From Dehalococcoidales bacterium (GTDB lineage: Bacteria > Chloroflexota > Dehalococcoidia > Dehalococcoidales > E44-bin46), in assembly GCA_036481135.1 (NCBI GenBank), contig JAZGHN010000071.1, positions 1 to 33,718 on the forward strand: 33,718 bases of DNA, written 5' to 3'. A program made the position numbers and the translations under genes. This document shows positions 25,119-32,684 of the stretch, one piece after another. The notes under the pieces are model-generated. The model saw nothing but the letters and a program-made list of their open reading frames with translations, was not told where the DNA came from and ran no database searches. How positions within the stretch are numbered: position 1 is the stretch's first letter; every line of letters starts with the position of its first letter.

Positions 25119-26519
25119 TCAGTCGGGCGGTGCTGGTTTGAGAGTATCCCCCGTGGATAACAAACTGGTTAGCCCATAAATACTTTCCCCGATGCCCAAT
25201 GACCTTACTCTAGATATGACTTGGTTCCTTCTATTTTCAGAAAAAACGCGAGAGGACAGGTTGTTGAACTTCAGTATCAGTTCCTCCCAAGAGAGGGGAT
25301 TCTCCGGATCTCCCTTAGGGTAGTCAATCCTCGTTGAGAATTTCCTGCCATCCTTTGTGGCTATCTCTACGCTGGCTGGCCAATGTTTCGGGTAGACCTT
25401 CTCTAATTCAGCATCCGCTACACAAGAGACCCTGCCCATCATCTCTTTCACTTCGCTTGACTCTAAGTTGTCTGCCGTATACTCATCCAAGGAGACGCTC
25501 CCATAAAGAACAGCAACGGCAGCGCCAAACGGCATACTAAACTGAGCATCAACTACCGTCCGAGGATTATATTTCAATTCCTTAGGCTCCACAATTATGG
25601 GAAAACCAGCTTTCAATATCCCTAGGGTGACCTTCTCCACCTCCTGTGCCTTCAGTTTGTTCTCCTTTATAAGCTTTAGGATGCCATCGATCGGACCCTG
25701 TTCATACCGGCAGCACGCATAGGGCTTTACACTGACTCTCATAATTTTGAAAGGGTCGCCAAGCCCAGCAAGAAGCTTTTCAAGGTCGAAATCATCGGAA
25801 TAAGCATGGAGAAAACCAAATCTGCCCTCCACTACAGTGGTGGGCCCCTTAAAGCCCCCTTTTGCTAAAAGAGCTGCTATCATGCCATTGTGAGCCGCCC
25901 ACCCCGCATGTAGTGGCTTGGTCCAAGTACCACTAGTCAGATACTCCATGACCCCTGCTGCCTGGCTGCCCGCAATACCCAAAGCACTGAGCGTCTGTCC
26001 CTCATCAAGGTTAAGTATCTTCGACGCTGCTGTGGCTGCCCCAAATGTGCCACAGGTGCCGGTAGGGTGAAAGCCTCGAGCATAGTGGCTAGCAGGATTC
26101 AAAGCCTTGCCCAATTGAACCATGACTTCATAGCCTGATACTACGGCTTCTATAAATTTCTTCTCATCACACCCCGTCAGCTCAGCCATGGCAAAGGCGG
26201 CTGGGAAGATTGCCACCCCAACATGGGCAGATGACTCGTTACTTAGATCATCCAGTTCCAAGGAATGTGATGATGTACCGTTAGCTAGAGCTGCATACTG
26301 ATAAGGTGCTCTCATGCTTGTCCCAATAATTACGCCCCCTTCACAGCCCATATCCTTAGCAAAATTGCGCACAATTTCAGCCTGCTTTGTTAAGGTTCCC
26401 CGCACTGCCACACCGAGGAAGTCTAAAGCGAAGTATCTGACCCTACCAACAACGTCACGAGAAAGGTCTTCATAACTCAGGCTACTGCAAAACTTTGCCA
26501 ATTCCCTAGTGGCGCCCAT
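25119..26519 (-). CDS. MmgE/PrpD family protein
   Basis: AALANGTSSHSLELDD, AHVG, GYEV, GFHPTG, KPLHAG, KPYACCRY, AQFS.PF and PKGDPENP; probable start ATG 26519 after AGGAGG. Confidence 0.92.
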   Translation of the reverse strand: MGATRELAKFCSSLSYEDLSRDVVGRVRYFALDFLGVAVRGTLTKQAEIVRNFAKDMGCEGGVIIGTSMRAPYQYAALANGTSSHSLELDDLSNESSAHVGVAIFPAAFAMAELTGCDEKKFIEAVVSGYEVMVQLGKALNPASHYARGFHPTGTCGTFGAATAASKILNLDEGQTLSALGIAGSQAAGVMEYLTSGTWTKPLHAGWAAHNGMIAALLAKGGFKGPTTVVEGRFGFLHAYSDDFDLEKLLAGLGDPFKIMRVSVKPYACCRYEQGPIDGILKLIKENKLKAQEVEKVTLGILKAGFPIIVEPKELKYNPRTVVDAQFSMPFGAAVAVLYGSVSLDEYTADNLESSEVKEMMGRVSCVADAELEKVYPKHWPASVEIATKDGRKFSTRIDYPKGDPENPLSWEELILKFNNLSSRVFSENRRNQVISRVRSLGIGESIYGLTSLLSTGDTLKPAPPD

Positions 26520-26565
26520 CTTCCACCTCCTTAAATTGTCTCTCATCGCTTGATGCACACTATCC

Positions 26566-27411
26566 TTAAAGAATTGCTACTTTCTGCCGAGCACACCAGC
26601 ACTGTATGTTAACCGCCACCGGCAAGCTTGCGATGTGGCTCGGAAAAACCTCAACATGAACAGCCAGAGCTGTGGCTCTGCCACCATATCCTACTGGCCC
26701 AATACCTAGCCTATTTACTCGCTTGAGAATTTCCGTCTCCAGCTCAGCGACCTCAGCATCCGGATTGGGCTCACCTACTCTACGTAATAAGGCTCGCTTA
26801 GCCAGCATAATAGTCTTTTCCACCGTGCCGCCTATGCCGACACCAACAATGTGCGGAGGACACGGATTACTTCCCGCCTCGTCTACAGCGTTGACCACAA
26901 AATCTATAACCCCTTGACGACCTTGCGCCGGAGGTAGCATAGCTAGGCGAGCCATATTCTCAGAGCCAGCACCCTTAGGAAGAGCAACGATTTTGAGCTT
27001 ATCACCAGGGACAATATCGGTATGAATCATAGAAGGGGTATTATCACCAGTGTTGGTTCTAGCAGAAAAAGGCTGACTCACTATAGACTTACGTAGATAG
27101 CCCTCGGCATATCCCTGCCGCACTCCTTCATTTATTGCGCAATAGATGTCACCCCCGACTACGTGGATATCTTGCCCTATCTCAAGGAAGACTACTGCGA
27201 CTCCTGTGTCTCCGCATATAGGGATTTGCTCCTTAGCTGAGATATTGACATTCTCTATTATTCTGTCTAGCACATTACACCCGATAGGTGATTCCTCTGT
27301 CTGACGTGCTTGCTTGAGGGCATTCAGCACATCTTCTGGAAGATAGTAGCAAGCTTCTTGAAAGAGTTGCGATACTGCCTTGGTTATTTCCTTGACATCA
27401 ATCTCTCTCAT
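26566..27411 (-). CDS. Fe-S hydro-lyase alpha subunit (class I fumarase/L-tartrate dehydratase type)
   Basis: PICGDTG, GYLRKS, NTGDNTP, KGAGSEN, NPCPP..GVGIGG, GYGG, HIASLPVAVN and QCW. Confidence 0.92.
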   Translation of the reverse strand: MREIDVKEITKAVSQLFQEACYYLPEDVLNALKQARQTEESPIGCNVLDRIIENVNISAKEQIPICGDTGVAVVFLEIGQDIHVVGGDIYCAINEGVRQGYAEGYLRKSIVSQPFSARTNTGDNTPSMIHTDIVPGDKLKIVALPKGAGSENMARLAMLPPAQGRQGVIDFVVNAVDEAGSNPCPPHIVGVGIGGTVEKTIMLAKRALLRRVGEPNPDAEVAELETEILKRVNRLGIGPVGYGGRATALAVHVEVFPSHIASLPVAVNIQCWCARQKVAIL

Positions 27412-27956
27412 ATTCTATACCTAGTTTTTCCCTCCTCATAAAGGTCTCCACCATAGATATCATTTATCACGGTGACTGGAAAATCTTCTATTTCCAAGCG
27501 ACGGATTGCCTGAGGCCCAAGATCCTCATAAGCTATTACCTCTGACTTCTTAACCCTCTTAGAGAGAAGAGCCCCACAACCAGCAACCCCCGCAAAATAC
27601 ACTGCTTTATATTTCTTCATAGCCTCCCTTACCTCCGGGGAACGCATCCCTTTACCAATCATCCCTTTAAGTCCCTCAGCTATTAAGCGGGGTGAGTAGC
27701 TGTCCATACGACCACTGGTAGTAGGGCTAGTCGATCCAATTGGCTTCCCTGGCCTAGCAGGGGTGGGACCCATAAAGAATATCGTCTGCCCCTTAATATC
27801 AAACGGTAAGAGCCTTCCTTGATCCAGAGCCTCAACCATTCTTTGATGGCTAGCGTCTCGAGCCACATATACTACGCCAGTAAGTAAAACATCATCTCCA
27901 GCTTTAAGGTCTTCCAAGATTTCATCAGTCAACGGAAGCACAATCTTCTTAGTCAT
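27408..27956 (-). CDS. Fe-S hydro-lyase beta subunit (class I fumarase/L-tartrate dehydratase type)
   Basis: ARDASH, GPTP, PTTSGRMD, MIGKG, YEDLG and D.YGGDLY. Confidence 0.92.
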   Translation of the reverse strand: MTKKIVLPLTDEILEDLKAGDDVLLTGVVYVARDASHQRMVEALDQGRLLPFDIKGQTIFFMGPTPARPGKPIGSTSPTTSGRMDSYSPRLIAEGLKGMIGKGMRSPEVREAMKKYKAVYFAGVAGCGALLSKRVKKSEVIAYEDLGPQAIRRLEIEDFPVTVINDIYGGDLYEEGKTRYRI

Positions 27957-28002
27957 TAGCCCACCTAACCTTATAGTTAAACTTCAGCAGAGCCTCGCTA
28001 GC

Positions 28003-28278
28003 TTACCAGGCGTTTCTCCAAATACGCTTAACATCATCCAGGGTAAGTTTCTTCGGGTTATTTGCTAGGAGCCGAGTCACATCCATACTAGCTACAGCCA
28101 GCTCTTCTAAAGCTTCTTTAGGTACTCCCAAGCCCCGTAGACGGAGGGGAATAGTAATATCTTCAGCCAGAGCCTTAAACGCCTCTACTCCTTTTCCTGC
28201 CGCCTCTTGAAAAGAGAGACCCTGCGTATTGACCCCTAGCATTTGGGCAATGGCGACATACTTAGGCAAGTTATAGAC
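28003..28278 (-). pseudogene. C-terminal fragment of an iron-containing alcohol dehydrogenase
   Basis: KY..IA.MLG......EAA...VEA...L..DI.IP.RLR.LGV...L......RLLANNPK matches the Fe-ADH C-terminus; N-terminal domain absent; no clear SD. Confidence 0.75.
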
Positions 28279-29172
28279 TTATAGGAGGGGGCTCTCGTCT
28301 TCCTCCTCAGCAATGAACTCTACTAGGCGTACCAGATCCTTGGCCTGCTTGTAGTTCATATAATCTATCATTTTACCTTCGAAGGATATTGCTCCTAGCC
28401 CTCTGGCTTGAGCTTCCTCAAAAGCTTCAACCACTCTTCTCGCATATTCAGCCTCATCCGGCAATGGTGAGAACGCTTTGTTCACTGGCTCTATTTGCGT
28501 TGGATGGATAAGCAGCTTGCCTTTAAACCCTAGCTGTAAAGCCAGCATCATCTCCTTCATAAAACCCTCTCTGTCAGTCAAAAGCCCAAAGAATACTGTG
28601 TCTATGGCTTGAACCCCAGCCGCAACGCTACAATTTACTATCCGAGAGCGGGCATATAGGAGTTCAGTCTGCTCTGGGGAAAAGGAGGCACCTCGTCCCA
28701 GATCCCTATAATAATCCCCAGCTCCGAAAGCAACGGCAATTATGCGCTCACTTGCCGAGGCGATTTCATAAGCATTAATTACACCCTTGGCCGACTCGAT
28801 TAATGGTACTACCTTTAAACTTCGCGGCTCTAATCCCCCACCTTTCTCAGTCTCCTCAAGCATACTGTCTAACTCTACTATGTCAGACTTAGTCTCACTC
28901 TTTGCCAGCATTAAGCCATCTAAACCCTCAACGGCAACAAACTTTAAGTCCTCAGCCGTCAAATTAGTGGTAAGGGCATTCACCCGTACAAATACATAAC
29001 TTCCTCCAAGTTTAACATCTTTGATAGAGTCCCTAATCATGATTCTTGCTGTTGCTTTGTCAGGTAAGGGTACGGCATCTTCTAAGTCAAGTATAATGGC
29101 ATCTGCCGGTAGGGTAGCTGCCTTAGCAATCATCCGCATGCTATTCCCGGGGACGAAGAGCATAGACCTCAA
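28279..29172 (-). CDS. CitE/HpcH-HpaI family CoA-ester lyase (citryl-/malyl-/citramalyl-CoA lyase-like)
   Basis: RSMLFVPG, ILDLEDAV, VRVN, LIESAKG, FGAGDY, GFKGK..IHP.QI and GKMID. Confidence 0.9.
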   Translation of the reverse strand: MRSMLFVPGNSMRMIAKAATLPADAIILDLEDAVPLPDKATARIMIRDSIKDVKLGGSYVFVRVNALTTNLTAEDLKFVAVEGLDGLMLAKSETKSDIVELDSMLEETEKGGGLEPRSLKVVPLIESAKGVINAYEIASASERIIAVAFGAGDYYRDLGRGASFSPEQTELLYARSRIVNCSVAAGVQAIDTVFFGLLTDREGFMKEMMLALQLGFKGKLLIHPTQIEPVNKAFSPLPDEAEYARRVVEAFEEAQARGLGAISFEGKMIDYMNYKQAKDLVRLVEFIAEEEDESPLL

Positions 29173-29174
29173 AA

Positions 29175-30080
29175 CTATGGCGCACCCCCCTTTAAGATTC
29201 TCACCAAACTAGCTGCTATATCTTGAGGATGTTCTACGACATGTGCCCCAGCTTCTTCCAAGGCTCTAATCTTGCTTTCGGCTGTCCCTCTACCCGCTTC
29301 AATTATAGCGCTGGCGTGGGAAAACCTCATGCCAGACGGTAGACCCCTACCGGCTATGTACGCCACAAGGGGTTTAGTAAATCGACCCTCCTTTATGACT
29401 TCAGCCGCCTCCTCTTCGGCTACTGTGCCTATCTCGCCGAATAGAACTACAGCTTTAGTGTCCTTATCATCCTCAAACAGGGGGAGTATCTCGGCAAAGC
29501 TCGAACCGACAATTGGCTCTGAGCCAACATGCAACGCGGTCGTCGTTCCGATTCCAGCCTTCATCAAACTCCAAACCACGGTACTTGTCTGCCCTCCACT
29601 CCGCGACATCACTCCAACCGACCCGGGCTTAAAGATTTCCCGAGCAAACTCCTCAGCTCCACCAAGCCAACCCATGGCTGCCTTTCCTGAACTGAGGAGA
29701 CCAAGGGAACCTGGACCAAGTATGCGAGCTCCTTCCCGACGAGCCAGTGCAATCATCTCCAGGCTATCATGTAATGGCACCCGTTCGGCAGGAACCACTA
29801 TGAATCTTATCCCTGACTCTATGGCTTCTATAGCTGCTTCCTTAACCTGCGGGCCGGGCACAAAGGTCACACTGGCATCTATGGGACCGAATTCTCTAGT
29901 AGCCTCTTTCACACTATTAAACACGGGGACTCCCCAGACCTCGTTGCCTCCCCGCCCCGGGGTTACCCCACCCGGTATCTTGGTGCCGTAACCAAGCATA
30001 AATCTTGTCCTGGCACTTCCTTCCCTGCCAGTTATTCCCTGAACTAACACCGTAGTATTTACATCTATGAGTATAGCCAT
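29175..30080 (-). CDS. Succinyl-CoA synthetase alpha-like subunit (CoA-binding, phospho-His)
   Basis: VLVQGITGREG, GGVTPGRGG, SRSGG, FGEIG..EE.AA, KPLVAYIAG and RFSHASAII (catalytic His). Confidence 0.9.
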   Translation of the reverse strand: MAILIDVNTTVLVQGITGREGSARTRFMLGYGTKIPGGVTPGRGGNEVWGVPVFNSVKEATREFGPIDASVTFVPGPQVKEAAIEAIESGIRFIVVPAERVPLHDSLEMIALARREGARILGPGSLGLLSSGKAAMGWLGGAEEFAREIFKPGSVGVMSRSGGQTSTVVWSLMKAGIGTTTALHVGSEPIVGSSFAEILPLFEDDKDTKAVVLFGEIGTVAEEEAAEVIKEGRFTKPLVAYIAGRGLPSGMRFSHASAIIEAGRGTAESKIRALEEAGAHVVEHPQDIAASLVRILKGGAP

Positions 30081-30100
30081 GTTTCCATCATACCTCTATA

Positions 30101-30388
30101 CTAGCTCAGCCCAACTTTATGTTTATATTCCTCTAGCCCAAACGTGTCAAGGACAATTTGCAGGCCTTTATTACCATAGGACTGGCAGTAAAGCTCGCAC
30201 GTTAGGTCTTCAATGCAGCGTTTATTAGCGCCCTCACTAACTAATATGGGTTTACCATCTTCAACTCGTAGTATCGCCCTGCCAAAAAGGCTACACGCCT
30301 TAACACAGTCGTAACTCTCACAGTCTTTACACTGTTCATAATCAACGATAACCTTACCTGTGGCAAAAGGAAATTCATAAACCGCCAT
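30101..30388 (-). CDS. Small ferredoxin-like protein
   Basis: CKDCESYDCVKAC and CIEDLTCELYC, two degenerate [4Fe-4S]-type motifs; GGAGGG SD. Confidence 0.7.
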   Translation of the reverse strand: MAVYEFPFATGKVIVDYEQCKDCESYDCVKACSLFGRAILRVEDGKPILVSEGANKRCIEDLTCELYCQSYGNKGLQIVLDTFGLEEYKHKVGLS

Positions 30389-30404
30389 ACCAATTTTGTC
30401 CCTC

Positions 30405-31655
30405 CTAATTGCTTCTGTACTCCTCTATCAGCTTCTTCATACGCTCGGCAATGTAATCAACATTGTAGACATAGTCACGCCCATATATCTCCACCTTGGC
30501 AGGGAGACCCCTGAGTCCCTCACTCAGTATTTCCAAGGACTCTGTCTCCTTATTTCCGGCTATTAAGATTATTACCGGGAAGTTTGGCCTGCTTACTAAT
30601 TCTTCTCGTAGAGCCCTAACCAAGGCATGGGCATGGTGCCATTGCTCCTGATTAGCGATACAAGCCCCCATTAAAACATAGCCATCGATATTGGGCTGGG
30701 AAAAGATAAGCTTAACTACACGATATACCTTAGCTGCGGTTGGATTACCACTGGTGTCGGCGTAGTTGGCTAGCTTAACTCCATGTCGTATTAAGGCATC
30801 AGCACCAAGCATAGCTCCACCCCCACCAATGCCATGGAATCCAACCACGCCCTCTCCCGGTCTGAACTCCCGAGTCATCTGAACAAAGTAGCCTACCCCA
30901 CGGTAATCTTTCTTCTCTATCTCCCAGGCGAGTTGCTCAAGTTCGGTAGGCGCCCGACCAATATCACGGGGATAATCTATCTCAAGCTCCGGGTGCTTAA
31001 ATACTGAAGCTTCATCGATTACTATATGGCAATCGGCAGCGTAAACCTTACCGTCCTCGGTCAAGACTATAGGGTTCGCCTCAACGCTGCGGGCACTGTA
31101 TTTTCTAAATACCTCATATAGCCCATGGACTATCTTACTCAGCGGCTCTAATAAAGGTGATGAAACACTAAGCTTTGAGAGCAAGCCTCTCGTTTGCTCA
31201 ATTGTTAAACCCTTAAGAACATCAACGTTCATACTTATTACCTTCTCAGGAAACTGAGCGGCAATTTCCTCTATCCCGGTGCCACCTTTAGTGCTGAACA
31301 TTAAAACCGGCCCTTTAACCTTCCAAGAATCGTTTACAATTACACTGGCATAGAATTCGTCTTTAATAGGTAACTTTTCCTCCACCAGAACCTTCTCCAC
31401 TTTCAGCCCTTTGACCACTGTACCGAGCAATTCTTGAGCGACCTTTTCTGCTTCGTCAGCCTTGTTCGCAAACTTTATGCCGCCGGCTTCGAAGCGGCCA
31501 GTGACGCCAACCTGCGCCTTGATCGCCACCGGTTTCCCTAAGCTTTTGGCTATCCTACGCGCCTCCTCAGGCACGACGGCAACATCACCTTTGGGTATGG
31601 CAATGCCACATTCCCTTAGCAATCTCTTCGCCTGATATTCATGAATCTTGGACAT
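30405..31655 (-). CDS. Divergent succinyl-CoA synthetase beta / ATP-citrate lyase-like ATP-grasp subunit
   Basis: HEYQAK, KAQV..GR..AGGIK, VLVEE, GG..IEE and E.NP; ACL-like C-domain motifs GGGGAM, LANYADTSGNP and IANQ. Confidence 0.88.
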   Translation of the reverse strand: MSKIHEYQAKRLLRECGIAIPKGDVAVVPEEARRIAKSLGKPVAIKAQVGVTGRFEAGGIKFANKADEAEKVAQELLGTVVKGLKVEKVLVEEKLPIKDEFYASVIVNDSWKVKGPVLMFSTKGGTGIEEIAAQFPEKVISMNVDVLKGLTIEQTRGLLSKLSVSSPLLEPLSKIVHGLYEVFRKYSARSVEANPIVLTEDGKVYAADCHIVIDEASVFKHPELEIDYPRDIGRAPTELEQLAWEIEKKDYRGVGYFVQMTREFRPGEGVVGFHGIGGGGAMLGADALIRHGVKLANYADTSGNPTAAKVYRVVKLIFSQPNIDGYVLMGACIANQEQWHHAHALVRALREELVSRPNFPVIILIAGNKETESLEILSEGLRGLPAKVEIYGRDYVYNVDYIAERMKKLIEEYRSN

Positions 31656-31817
31656 TGAACCTCCAAAAGTTATCTAAGACGACTGTGTTTAGGCCCAGCT
31701 ACAACTGAACCTAGTAAGGCTCGAAAGGTAGCCCAGCTATTTGTTAGCATGTATTTGGGAATGCCATGTAACTATCTGTTTGGAGCCTTTAGCCACCGAA
31801 TTCCCTAATAATTTTGT

Positions 31818-31840
31818 AAAAACTCCTGCTGAAGCGGAGT
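31818..31840 (-). terminator. Rho-independent terminator after the cupin gene
   Basis: Minus strand ACTCCGC-TTCA-GCAGGAGT-TTTT, 15 nt after the stop. Confidence 0.6.
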
Positions 31841-31855
31841 AAGCAGGTCTATCGT

Positions 31856-32161
31856 TTACTTAAATTCAGCCATTGGTGGATAAAATACGTCAATGGTGAT
31901 GGTGTCCTCTATGCCTTCTACCGAATGCTCACTTTGGCTGGGGACAAAATAGCCTTGCCCTTCTTCATATATTCTAGATTTTCCATCCACAATCATTAAA
32001 GCTTTTCCGCGCACAACATAGCCTATCTGCTCAGAATGATGAGAGTGTTTCTCAACGACTACGCCTCTGTCCATATGGATCTCACACATCATCAAACTAT
32101 CCGAGCAGTTTAATGTTTTCCTTGTATGCCCCGGCTTGACTTTAATAAGTTTGTTTGACAT
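31856..32161 (-). CDS. Cupin domain protein
   Basis: HSHHSEQIGYVVRG and YFVPSQSEH metal-binding motifs, then DVFYPP. Confidence 0.9.
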   Translation of the reverse strand: MSNKLIKVKPGHTRKTLNCSDSLMMCEIHMDRGVVVEKHSHHSEQIGYVVRGKALMIVDGKSRIYEEGQGYFVPSQSEHSVEGIEDTITIDVFYPPMAEFK

Positions 32162-32170
32162 GTTAAGCTT

Positions 32171-32680
32171 TTAGATTTCTTCCCCAAATTCTTCAAGGAG
32201 GATCTCGATAGTCCAACGTGCTGTATTAGCAACAACCTCGGGACATTTAGTGGTGTGAGCACCAGCCTTCTCAAAGTCTTTAAACTCCTTTTCGTCCCAA
32301 AGATCATAGCGGCGGCCAAAGATTTTTTTATGGACTTCATTACAAATACAAGTTCCATACTCATCCTTGAACCGTTCTATAAGTCTCTTGGATGGCTTGT
32401 ATTGGTCGAAGGATCCAGGAGTTGCATTGTAGTAATTCTCTTTATTGCGACCCAACTTAGTCCCGATAAGCATAATTCCAGCAGCAAGCGCGCCACATGT
32501 GCCTTCTGTCGTTACGGCTATTCCGCCGGTTAATCCGTGGGAAGCCTTGAAAAGGCGGTCGTCTATCAAACCCAGATGTTCATTTATTGCGGCTAAAAGA
32601 GACTGGGAACAGTTTCCGTGTTTCCCTTCGTTTTTATAAGCACTTTGGTAAATTTTCTCAAGCAAGTCTTCTCTTTCCAT
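32171..32680 (-). CDS. C_GCAxxG_C_C family putative redox-active protein
   Basis: NCSQS, GLTGG, TCGALAAG, GTCIC and KCPEVV. Confidence 0.9.
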   Translation of the reverse strand: MEREDLLEKIYQSAYKNEGKHGNCSQSLLAAINEHLGLIDDRLFKASHGLTGGIAVTTEGTCGALAAGIMLIGTKLGRNKENYYNATPGSFDQYKPSKRLIERFKDEYGTCICNEVHKKIFGRRYDLWDEKEFKDFEKAGAHTTKCPEVVANTARWTIEILLEEFGEEI

Positions 32681-32684
32681 TTAC

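Noticed and set aside
4236-26558. Longer N-termini given by the ORF track (starts 4298, 12196, 15407, 16004, 22975, 26558)
   Set aside because: They overlap upstream genes or lack an SD; downstream starts with an SD or stop-start coupling fit family N-termini better.
28279-31655. Calling these genes sucC/sucD/citE or aclAB and inferring a reverse TCA cycle
   Set aside because: Substrate-site motifs deviate from both SCS and ACL, and there is no citD/citF or citrate-synthase-like lyase domain, so specific symbols are not justified.
31693-31739. 9-bp direct repeat GCCCAGCTA x2 upstream of the SucC-like gene
   Set aside because: Only two short copies and no clear promoter context; could be chance.
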